Origin: a virus
Lineage: Duplodnaviria; Caudoviricetes
DNA: 64,000 nucleotides
Reading direction: 5' to 3' (one strand)
IMG/VR virus record: IMGVR_UViG_3300014204_000140
Location: 31,074-95,073 of that record
The notes below the pieces were generated by a model, which did not search any database, had not been told where the DNA came from, and saw nothing but the letters and a program-made list of their open reading frames with translations. Position 1 is the first letter of the stretch. Every line of letters begins with the position of its first letter. Of this stretch, positions 9,385-18,400 are shown in pieces. Both the position numbers and the translations under genes were made by a program.

Positions 9385-11568
9385 ATGGAAGAGGTAAATG
9401 ATTTATTATATCAATTAAGATCTATTAGATTTAATGAAGATGAAATTACGGAATTTTTAACATTGATTTATAATAGTTTAATTGTATATAATCAGGATGT
9501 AGAATCTCAAATTGCTCAATTTGGAAATTATAAATATATAGATGCTTTTTCATTATTACAGGATATTTTATTAGATGAAAATATTGTAAGAAATTGGATG
9601 ATGCAAGGAAGTTCAATTGTTTGGGATGCTAATGCATTAAATTATATCAATTTTTTAGAATTACAAAGTGTTGTTTTAACATATGGAGAAAAATCAGCAA
9701 TAAACACATTATTTATTGATTTGAAATCTTTGAATAGTACCTGGGATGGTTTTTTCACCCCCAATGACCCAGCTAATTCTAAATTAAAATGTTTATGGAT
9801 TTCTAAGGTAGGAGATGGGTTTAAATATAACTTAGTAGATCCAAGAGATGTGGATGACGCATATAGATTATCTTATGGGGGGAATCCGACAATCACAGAG
9901 AATGGTATGGTTTTAAATGGAACAACGCAATATGCAAATACTCATTATAATACATTAAATAAAACTTCTATATGTACTGGTGTGTGGTTAAAAGATAATA
10001 ATTTGCCACTAGTTTCAAATCAAGGATATGCTTTGATAGCAAATACAGTTTCTAACAATTCTTCTCGACAATCATTGCAATTATTAAACAATGCAGGAAC
10101 TAATTATTTACTGCTTTCAGATAACTTTAATGCAACGAGTGGTCAAGGAAGATCCACATTTGTGATCACAAGAGGGGATGGGTTTTTTGCAAGTAGTGTT
10201 TCTGGTAGTGCATATAATATTTTTAAAGATGGATTGGTTGTTTCGTCTGGAACTCGTAGTACATACGGGTCTCCTCCTAATTTAGTATTATATTTAGGGG
10301 CACAAAATAAAGAAGGAACAGGAGCAGTCAATTTTTTGAATAACACAGTAAAATATGCATTTATCGCGGAAGATATTTCACCAGAAATTATAGTATTGTT
10401 TTATTCTTATTTGTATAAATATGATCTTGGTGTTTTTTCTTTAAATTTTTCACAAACAATTTTGCAAGATACTTCTCTTGCTACGGTACTATATTCTCCA
10501 ATTACAGTATTGGAACAAAGACATGGATGCACATTAGCTTGGTATGCAGGAATTAATTTTATATTTTTTTCAGAAGATGATGGGGTTACTTATCCTTATT
10601 CACATGCAATTATTATAGATGAATTAACATTTGCATATATTTTTTCAAATAAAAACATATATTTTGCTACAAGATACCATCTTTATTTTTCTTATGATAA
10701 ATTAAATACAATTAATGAGGTGGATGTTCTTGATTTGGATGGAATAAATATATATAATTCTGTGCAATACACAGGTTGCTCTTTTAAACAAGCATTTACT
10801 TCTAAAACTATATCTTATTTGGGGGAAGAAATTGTATTGTGGGGAAATTACACAAATATAGATTGCAATGGTGATGGAATATCAGATAATTCACCAGTCA
10901 ATTTATATTGGGGGGATAATGTCGGGAATGTTAAAATAATATATCAGTGGGGACGAAATGCTGGATATAAAAAGCCAAATGGGGACCTGATAGGCAATTC
11001 AGATAACCCATTATATTGCAGGCATATTCATTTTGCAATATATGATTCTATATCGGGTTATTTTTATATGAATACAGGAGACGAAAACCAAGAATGTCAT
11101 TTTATGAGAGGAAATTTAGTTGAGGGAGTGTGGACTTGGGTTGAAGTATTTAGTGATTGGAATTGGGGAATGGCACAAATGATATTGGATTCGGATGCTG
11201 GGTATATCACAGGAGATCAAAGCACATCCGCACCTATACAACATCCTGGAGTTTGGAAGTTTGCATTATCTGATGTAGAAGATACAGATAATTGGGTACA
11301 AGTTTACGATCCAGGAAAAGCGTTTGCACCATTAATGACAGACAATGCCGGTGAAGTCGTTGCTCATGGGGGAGGAACATTTGCTTTATCTAAAAACTAT
11401 GGATCTACTTTTAATACTATTGATATTGGTGGGACTATAGCAGGAAAATTCAAGATTTCTGAAAAAAACTCATTTGGGTACTATCGAATCTCACCAGTAA
11501 TTGTGTCTTTAAATGGATATACGGTAAGGAATTATGGAAATGGGACGGTTTGGATTAAAATAAAATAA
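9385..11568 (+). CDS. Putative receptor-binding / tail spike protein (LamG-like plus beta-propeller/BNR-like)
   Basis: LNGTTQYANT and LYLGAQN (LamG-like); SEDDGVTY and SKNYGSTF Asp-box-like motifs; RHIH..YD....FYMNTGD propeller motif. Confidence 0.55.
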   Translation: MEEVNDLLYQLRSIRFNEDEITEFLTLIYNSLIVYNQDVESQIAQFGNYKYIDAFSLLQDILLDENIVRNWMMQGSSIVWDANALNYINFLELQSVVLTYGEKSAINTLFIDLKSLNSTWDGFFTPNDPANSKLKCLWISKVGDGFKYNLVDPRDVDDAYRLSYGGNPTITENGMVLNGTTQYANTHYNTLNKTSICTGVWLKDNNLPLVSNQGYALIANTVSNNSSRQSLQLLNNAGTNYLLLSDNFNATSGQGRSTFVITRGDGFFASSVSGSAYNIFKDGLVVSSGTRSTYGSPPNLVLYLGAQNKEGTGAVNFLNNTVKYAFIAEDISPEIIVLFYSYLYKYDLGVFSLNFSQTILQDTSLATVLYSPITVLEQRHGCTLAWYAGINFIFFSEDDGVTYPYSHAIIIDELTFAYIFSNKNIYFATRYHLYFSYDKLNTINEVDVLDLDGINIYNSVQYTGCSFKQAFTSKTISYLGEEIVLWGNYTNIDCNGDGISDNSPVNLYWGDNVGNVKIIYQWGRNAGYKKPNGDLIGNSDNPLYCRHIHFAIYDSISGYFYMNTGDENQECHFMRGNLVEGVWTWVEVFSDWNWGMAQMILDSDAGYITGDQSTSAPIQHPGVWKFALSDVEDTDNWVQVYDPGKAFAPLMTDNAGEVVAHGGGTFALSKNYGSTFNTIDIGGTIAGKFKISEKNSFGYYRISPVIVSLNGYTVRNYGNGTVWIKIK

Positions 11569-11570
11569 TT

Positions 11571-11879
11571 ATGCAATTAGAAGATATAAAAACCGGTGAT
11601 GATTTATTCAGAAAGGACAAAAGTTTTTTAAGTTTTAGCAATTATAATAAACCATCTAATCCTTTATTTAAAAGAATTGGAGATATATGTTTATTTACAA
11701 TACCATTATACATTCCTATATTAACAAGTATTCCTATATTAGAAAATACTAAGTTATGGATAATTGGAATATTATCTATTGTATTAGCAACAGTGAAGAT
11801 AATAAGTAAGTTTAGTTTAAATCCTAATTTTAAAGATAATGTGGACAGTAATATTGAGTTGGGGAAAGAAAATTCTTAA
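11571..11879 (+). CDS. Putative holin (2 TM)
   Basis: Small protein, NY.KP...FKRIGD followed by two hydrophobic helices, in the lysis region. Confidence 0.5.
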   Translation: MQLEDIKTGDDLFRKDKSFLSFSNYNKPSNPLFKRIGDICLFTIPLYIPILTSIPILENTKLWIIGILSIVLATVKIISKFSLNPNFKDNVDSNIELGKENS

Positions 11880-12417
11880 TAGTAAATTATTCTTATATAC
11901 AGTAATTGTAGGATGTATATATCTATGGATAGTAGATAGAAAGAATCTTGCAGAAAATGTAGATAGATTAGGAAGAAATCAAACTGCATTAGTTCTTAAG
12001 AATAGTGAACAGATAGAACTTACTAAGAGAGAATTTACAAGACTTTATCATAAAGAAGATTCTATAGCACAATTTATTGGTATTAAACCAAAACAGTTAC
12101 AAAATGTAATAGTTAATAACTATCATTATAAAGATACTAGTATAGTCAAATTTCCTCTTATTCCTACTAATACTGGAGATACGGTAAAGTTTATTAAACC
12201 TACAGGATGTGTTAGAGTTGAAGGATATGTATTAAATAAAGATATAATATTTAATAAAGTAGAGGTATTTGATACTTTTACTACTTATTTATATGGTAAG
12301 AGACCTCATAAATTTTTATTTATTAAATGGGGTAAATGGATTATAGATGCTAAAACGTATTCAGAATGTAAAAAAGATACTATACAAGTTGAAAAGAATT
12401 TAAAAATTAATAATTAA
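11839..12417 (+). CDS. Putative spanin-like membrane-anchored protein
   Basis: N-terminal TM helix, coiled coil, then a beta-rich periplasmic part with KFLFIKWG; typical of Bacteroidota phage lysis cassettes. Confidence 0.5.
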   Translation: MWTVILSWGKKILNSKLFLYTVIVGCIYLWIVDRKNLAENVDRLGRNQTALVLKNSEQIELTKREFTRLYHKEDSIAQFIGIKPKQLQNVIVNNYHYKDTSIVKFPLIPTNTGDTVKFIKPTGCVRVEGYVLNKDIIFNKVEVFDTFTTYLYGKRPHKFLFIKWGKWIIDAKTYSECKKDTIQVEKNLKINN

Positions 12418-12429
12418 AAATTAGAAATT

Positions 12430-12579
12430 ATGCCAGTTGATCCGCCACAATTACCTAGACCACGAAGTTTAGTAATTAAAGATATTAATGAAGTAAATAT
12501 ATTAGATATAAAGAATATAAGTAAAGAAAACGTACTATTTAGAATGTTAGTATGGACAATAATAAAGTTGATGTCTTAG
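12430..12579 (+). CDS. Small hypothetical peptide (49 aa), not in the ORF track
   Basis: ATG 12430 to TAG 12579: MPVDPPQLPRPRSLVIKDINEVNILDIKNISKENVLFRMLVWTIIKLMS. Fills the gap between flanking genes. Confidence 0.45.
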   Translation: MPVDPPQLPRPRSLVIKDINEVNILDIKNISKENVLFRMLVWTIIKLMS

Positions 12580-12983
12580 AAATTTCTGCAATTACTCTTT
12601 CTCTATTATTTATACTAGTTATTAGTCAATATCATATATCATATGAAGGATTTAGAGGGTTAACAGAAAATCAATGGAATAGAGTATGGGTAATTGCAGA
12701 AAATTCTTTAAATTTAACTATGTCTACACTAATTACTATTCTTGCGGGAAGTGGATTAATACGTTTAATGTTTAAGTATATATTTATTCCATATTTTATT
12801 GTAAAGTTAATTTATCAATGTAGTATGTTTTTTCAAATATATATAGTATCTAAAGAATGGTGGGAAAGTATATGGAGTTTTATATGTGTATCTTTATTAA
12901 CTATAGGGGTATTTTATTGTTTAAGATTAATTAGAAAATATAGAAAAAATGTGGCCAAAATTTTTAAATTCAAAGTGGTTTGA
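12552..12983 (+). CDS. Membrane protein (about 4 TM)
   Basis: Four hydrophobic segments in 143 aa. Confidence 0.6.
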   Translation: MDNNKVDVLEISAITLSLLFILVISQYHISYEGFRGLTENQWNRVWVIAENSLNLTMSTLITILAGSGLIRLMFKYIFIPYFIVKLIYQCSMFFQIYIVSKEWWESIWSFICVSLLTIGVFYCLRLIRKYRKNVAKIFKFKVV

Positions 12984-13398
12984 GAGATTATTTACAGCTA
13001 CTCTAAGTATAATGTTATTACTTATAACACAACGATTTACTATTATTCGTGAAGATAAGATTAAGGCAGCTGAAGAAAAAGCCAAGATAGAAGAGAAAAT
13101 AAATGAAAGAGCTCTTACTGTATATGTTGATTCAAAAGATAAAGAATTAAAAGATGAAATTAGCAAGAAATCTGATGAATTAAGAGTATATGTAGATAGA
13201 ACAGTTATATCATTTGGGAATGATGTACGTGAACTTAGAAACTATTTCTTTTCATTACATAGTACTAATAGAAATAAAATAATTAATCATTTGAAAAGTA
13301 ATATAACAAAAGATACTATAAAATCTATTCCTACTATTAAACCAATAGAATATGCAAGAATTGGAGAATGTGCGTTGAACAATGTAAAAATTAATTAA
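12949..13398 (+). CDS. Single-TM coiled-coil protein (holin/antiholin-like)
   Basis: N-terminal TM helix followed by a charged coiled coil. Confidence 0.45.
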   Translation: MWPKFLNSKWFERLFTATLSIMLLLITQRFTIIREDKIKAAEEKAKIEEKINERALTVYVDSKDKELKDEISKKSDELRVYVDRTVISFGNDVRELRNYFFSLHSTNRNKIINHLKSNITKDTIKSIPTIKPIEYARIGECALNNVKIN

Positions 13399-13399
13399 A

Positions 13400-14101
13400 A
13401 TGGCAATTGAATTTGTATCATTAGATACTATCATATATGATCTTTTATATATCATAGAAGGTTCTCAAGTATCTCAAAGTATATCTATTACAACTAATCA
13501 AATAGAAAATTGGATTCATCAATACAGAGCTTTATTAATTAAACAAGATCTTGATAAAGGTAAAATTGTTAATCCAGACTATGTACAAGAGATACAATGT
13601 ATGAAACTTATAGTTGTAGATAAATCTGAAGATTCAACTATACAAACTGGTAGACTTTTAGTTAGATCTGAATTACAAGTTCCTAAAACTATTGATTTAA
13701 ACTTTAGATCTGGATTTACTTATATAGGTACATTAGATGGTAGAGAATTAGATTTTGTTCCACAATCTAGAGTTAAATGGCAGAAAGAAAAATACTATAC
13801 TCAAAATTCTCCATTAGTATACTTAAAAAATGGATATTTATTTGTTGATAATGATCATGTTATAGAATGGTTATGTGTTAGAGGTGTATTTGAATTACCA
13901 CCAGAAGTTGGTAATTTTGTTAATCCTTATACTAATACTCCGGAATTTACTATTAGTAGTAAATATCCTATTCCTATTAATATGTTACCAACTCTTAAAG
14001 AAATGATATTAAAAAAAGAATTAGCAATAACAGTTGGTTCTCCTTCTGATACTAAAAACGATGCTTCTAATATAGTTACTCCAAATGAGAGGGAAAAATA
14101 A
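13400..14101 (+). CDS. crAss-like tail ring protein
   Basis: QIENWIHQYRALLIKQD, ELQVPKTI, VRGVFELP, YPIP...PSDTKND; immediately upstream of the IHF-like gene as in crAss-like phages. Confidence 0.7.
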   Translation: MAIEFVSLDTIIYDLLYIIEGSQVSQSISITTNQIENWIHQYRALLIKQDLDKGKIVNPDYVQEIQCMKLIVVDKSEDSTIQTGRLLVRSELQVPKTIDLNFRSGFTYIGTLDGRELDFVPQSRVKWQKEKYYTQNSPLVYLKNGYLFVDNDHVIEWLCVRGVFELPPEVGNFVNPYTNTPEFTISSKYPIPINMLPTLKEMILKKELAITVGSPSDTKNDASNIVTPNEREK

Positions 14102-14573
14102 GATAAAGAATTGTTATACAAGTAGGGATTTATATAGTGATTATATAAAAGATAAGATTCCTGGAGATCCATATTATATATCATTTAAAGAATACTATAG
14201 TATATGTGGAGATTATTATAAGTGGATTGTTAGTCAAATGATAGATGAATCAAAGACGATTAAATTACCATTTCGTTTAGGATATATTTATGTAGGTAAA
14301 AGAAAACCTGCTATATTATCTGGAGCAACATTACCATTTGATAAACGTCCAATGAATAGTTTAAGTATAGATTGGAAAGAAACTAAGAAGTTTGGTAAAT
14401 GGATTCATCATATAAATGATCATACTGGTGGATATAAGTATAGATTTATTTGGTCAAAGATAGAATGTTTTGTACTTAATAGAGAGTTTTATAGATTAGT
14501 TTTTACTAGAACCAATAAAAGATATTTAGCTAAAATGATTAAATCTGGAGAACATGATTATTCAGAGATTTAA
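14085..14573 (+). CDS. IHF/HU-like phage protein
   Basis: IKLPFRLGYI, IDWKETKK, HINDHT.GYKYRFIWSK, FTRTNKRYLAKMIK; conserved position in crAss-like tail modules. Confidence 0.7.
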   Translation: MRGKNKIKNCYTSRDLYSDYIKDKIPGDPYYISFKEYYSICGDYYKWIVSQMIDESKTIKLPFRLGYIYVGKRKPAILSGATLPFDKRPMNSLSIDWKETKKFGKWIHHINDHTGGYKYRFIWSKIECFVLNREFYRLVFTRTNKRYLAKMIKSGEHDYSEI

Positions 14574-14588
14574 AAATAATAAAGTAAT

Positions 14589-15461
14589 ATGATATATAAT
14601 TTAGTTTCAGTTAAAAAAGTTATAGCAAAAGTCTTTGCTGATTTAGATTTACAAGAACAACCTCATAGAATTAGTGATATGATCGAATATGCTGGTGAAG
14701 CTCTTAAAAAGATAGGAGCATTTCCAGCAATGGTAACTAGAGTAACTGGTAAGGAAGATCTTCCATTATTACTTATTAGTAATTATCAAGCTAAACTTCC
14801 TGCCGATCTCAATACTATTAATCAAGTATCTTACTCTGTTGGTAGCACTGGACCATTTTATCCTATGAGATATGCCACCGGAAGTTATTCATCTAATCAT
14901 GTAGTTAAAGGAACAGAAGGGACAAATACTACATCTCATGTTCCATTTTATCCATCTCAGTATTCTACAACTACTAGTAATATTCCAAGTAGTGAAAAAG
15001 ATACTATATTCTCTTTAGATTATTCTTATATTATAGTCGGAGGATATATAAAAACTAATATTAAAGATGGATATTTACTTATATCATATCAAGCTATTCC
15101 AACAGATCGAGATAATTATCCATTAATACCAGATGATGAATCATTTTTTGAAGCCATATATTGGTATATTAATATGAAATTAACTTATCCAGAATGGAAG
15201 AACGGACGTATAAGAGATGCTGTATATTATGATGCAAAAAGTTCTTGGAATTTCTATCGTAAACAATCATATGCTAATGCTATGATGCCTAATTCAGATC
15301 AACTTGAATCTATTAAAAATACTTGGATTAGACTTATTCCTGAGATTAATGCTCATGATACATTCTATTCTACACTTGGAGAACAAGAAACAGTATATAA
15401 TAACGATTTAACTCCTACTGTTTTATTTCCATTTACTGAAACTAATATTAGTCCTAGTTAA
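14589..15461 (+). CDS. Tail tubular / ring protein (P22 gp4-like in crAss annotation)
   Basis: EYAGEALKKIGA, YQAKLP.DL, GYIKTNIKDG...SYQAIPTD..YPLIPDD..F.EAIYWYI. Confidence 0.75.
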   Translation: MIYNLVSVKKVIAKVFADLDLQEQPHRISDMIEYAGEALKKIGAFPAMVTRVTGKEDLPLLLISNYQAKLPADLNTINQVSYSVGSTGPFYPMRYATGSYSSNHVVKGTEGTNTTSHVPFYPSQYSTTTSNIPSSEKDTIFSLDYSYIIVGGYIKTNIKDGYLLISYQAIPTDRDNYPLIPDDESFFEAIYWYINMKLTYPEWKNGRIRDAVYYDAKSSWNFYRKQSYANAMMPNSDQLESIKNTWIRLIPEINAHDTFYSTLGEQETVYNNDLTPTVLFPFTETNISPS

Positions 15462-15463
15462 CA

Positions 15464-18400
15464 ATGGCAGAAACTAACAGATATCAAGTCATAAATACTT
15501 TTTCTGGAGGTATGAATACTGATGCTGACAAATCAGTAATACCTAAGAATCAATATTTATATGCAGAAAACTATAGAATTTTTGGTGATTCTACTAATAC
15601 TGTAGGATCTTTAGAGAATATATTAGGAAATACTTTATTAACTAGTGTTATAACTCCTGGATATTACCCTATAGGGTATTGTAATATAAGGGATGAATTA
15701 TATATATGTACCACTCAAAATCAACATCCCACAGATGGATTATATAGTGAGTTAATAAAAGTTATATTTACTGCGGATGGAGAAAGTATATCGTCTCATA
15801 CTCATATATATAATGATCAATATTCATCTGATGGATCTAGACTTAATTGGAGTAGGGATTATTTGATAAAAGCAATAGGTAGATATGAGTCTGATACGAT
15901 TAAGAAAATATATTTTGTAGATGGATACAACATATTTAGAAGTATGAATGTTGTTAGTATATCTACTACTTCTCCAGTTAATAAATTTGATGTTATTCCA
16001 AATTTTAATTTAAGTTCTCCAGTATTCGATAGATTTGTTTCAGGTAGATTAACTTCTGGTAAAATACAATATGCTTATCAAATGTATAATTTGTATGGAG
16101 CAGAAACTCTATTTTCTCCAGTATCTCAATTAATACCTATATCAGAGACATCTGGACAAACTGGAAGTAATAAAACATTTAAAGGATCTGAGATAGATGA
16201 AAATACTGGAAAAGGTATTAGATTTTCTATATTTCCTCCTACAGGATTTGATAGAATTAGAATAGTATCAATAAAATATAATTCAATAAATTCAATACCT
16301 GTTATTAAAATTATAGTTGATCAGAATATTTCAACTAATCCTATTACTACTTATTTCTATGATTTTGGAACAACTGCTTTAGGAGAATATACTTATGAAG
16401 AATTTGCAGTTATAGGAAGAGAAGTATTTGTAGCTTCTGAATTAGAAACTAAGAATAATTATTTATTTGTTGCTAATATTACAGATAATGATTGGGATGT
16501 AGATTTTGATGCTAGAGCTTATAGATTTGTTTCTAGTACTGCTAGTGGATCTCTAACTACTGGACATACTGCTATATTTGATGCAGGAGAATGGGGAACC
16601 AATAATTGGTATGATATTAATAGTAATTTTCTAATAGGAGGAACTACATCAGTTCCAGAAACATATGATTGTTTAAATCCTTATAATGATATATCTTTAG
16701 ACAAAAGTAGAACTGATACAACTCCTTCATGGATTCATTTATATAATTTTATTTATCAAGTTAATGGTACTACAATAGGAGGTGAAGGTCTTAATGTTTC
16801 TTATTCTTTTATACAACACCAATTTATTATAAGTAATACAGGAACTAATTATGGAGAAGATTATTGTTATAATACTGATTATAGTAATGTAAATGTAGAA
16901 TTAAATTATAAAGGATATCAGAGGGATGAAATATATAGATTTGGAATAGTATTCTTTGATGATAAAGGAAGATCATCTACAGTAAAATGGATTGGTGATA
17001 TTAGAATGCCTTATTATACTGATATTATTGGTGGGTATGATAATTTTCCGTTTACATGGGATGTTGATGAAATTTCTTACGGAATGTCTCTAGGAATAAG
17101 TTTTACAGTAGATACTAGTAGTGCTTATTCACAAGGAGCTAAATATTTTAAAATAGTTAGAGTTAAACGTGAATCTGCTGATAGAACAATATTAGCTCAG
17201 GGTATTATTCCAACAATGTTGCTTTATAATGATGGTTCTGGATTGAGTTATAGGGGATATACTATTCCATATACAGCAACTGGTACAGTATCAGGCATAA
17301 CAAAGTACACTTCTCCTTTAGAATTTATATCTCCTGAAATTAATTTTAATAAGAACTTATCTTATACAATTGGAGATAGTCTTGAATTAATAGCAACTAG
17401 TACAGTTGCTAAACAATGGGATAATTTTTCAAATGTTAGTATGACTATTGGAACATTACCAACTACTAGTAACTATTCACAGACAGTTAAATACAGTGGT
17501 TTTGATACTTCTCTTCCTATATCAACTAGAAGTTCAAAAATAAAGAATGTTAATAATTTTCAAATATTAGGTCCATTAACAAAAATAAATAATCTTACTT
17601 ATAGTGATGGAATTTTCATGACTGGAGTTGATTATAGAATTTTAAATATAACAGAATGTGCAAGTGTAGGTAGTGGAAGTAGTAGTATGCATCTTAGTGC
17701 TGGAGGTACTAAAGGAATTGTAGAATCTGATTCTTTTGCAGGTAATATAGCTGGTACATCATTTAATTGTTACTATTGTAACTATAAAAGAAATGTGTTT
17801 AGTAGTCAATATGGAGGTAATACATACACCGCTAGACAGAATAATTCATATATAAGTTGTAGTTCATTACAAATATGTATAGATGACACTACAGTTAATG
17901 TATATGAAGGAGATACTTATATATCTATGTTTGATTATCTTCGTAATATAGTTTATGGAGATATTATAAATGATCGTAGATCACAATTAATAGTATACTT
18001 TCCAGTTGAAACTTCTATCAATCTTAGATATAGAAGTGACGATTGTTTTAGTAAAACTACTGATGATCCAAATCATAGTAGAAGATATATGCAGGAATTA
18101 GCTGGAATTTATACATCTGGTAGTATAACTTATAATCAACTTACTGATTTATATAAATATAATTCTGTATATTCTCAAGAAAATACAACTATAGGATATT
18201 ATCCAGAATCTAATATTGCCGATAATAGTAATGAAGTACATGATAATAGAATATTAGTTTCAGATCTTAAAATAGATAGAGAAACATCTGATAGTTGGAC
18301 AATGTTTAGAATGGATAATTTTTTAGATGTAGATTCTAAATACGGTAAGATAACATCTCTATTAGTTAAAGACAATTATTTATATTTTTGGCAACCTAAA

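Noticed and set aside
2435-11568. Diversity-generating retroelement acting on the fibre genes
   Set aside because: No reverse transcriptase, and no near-identical TR/VR pair differing at adenines was seen in the window.
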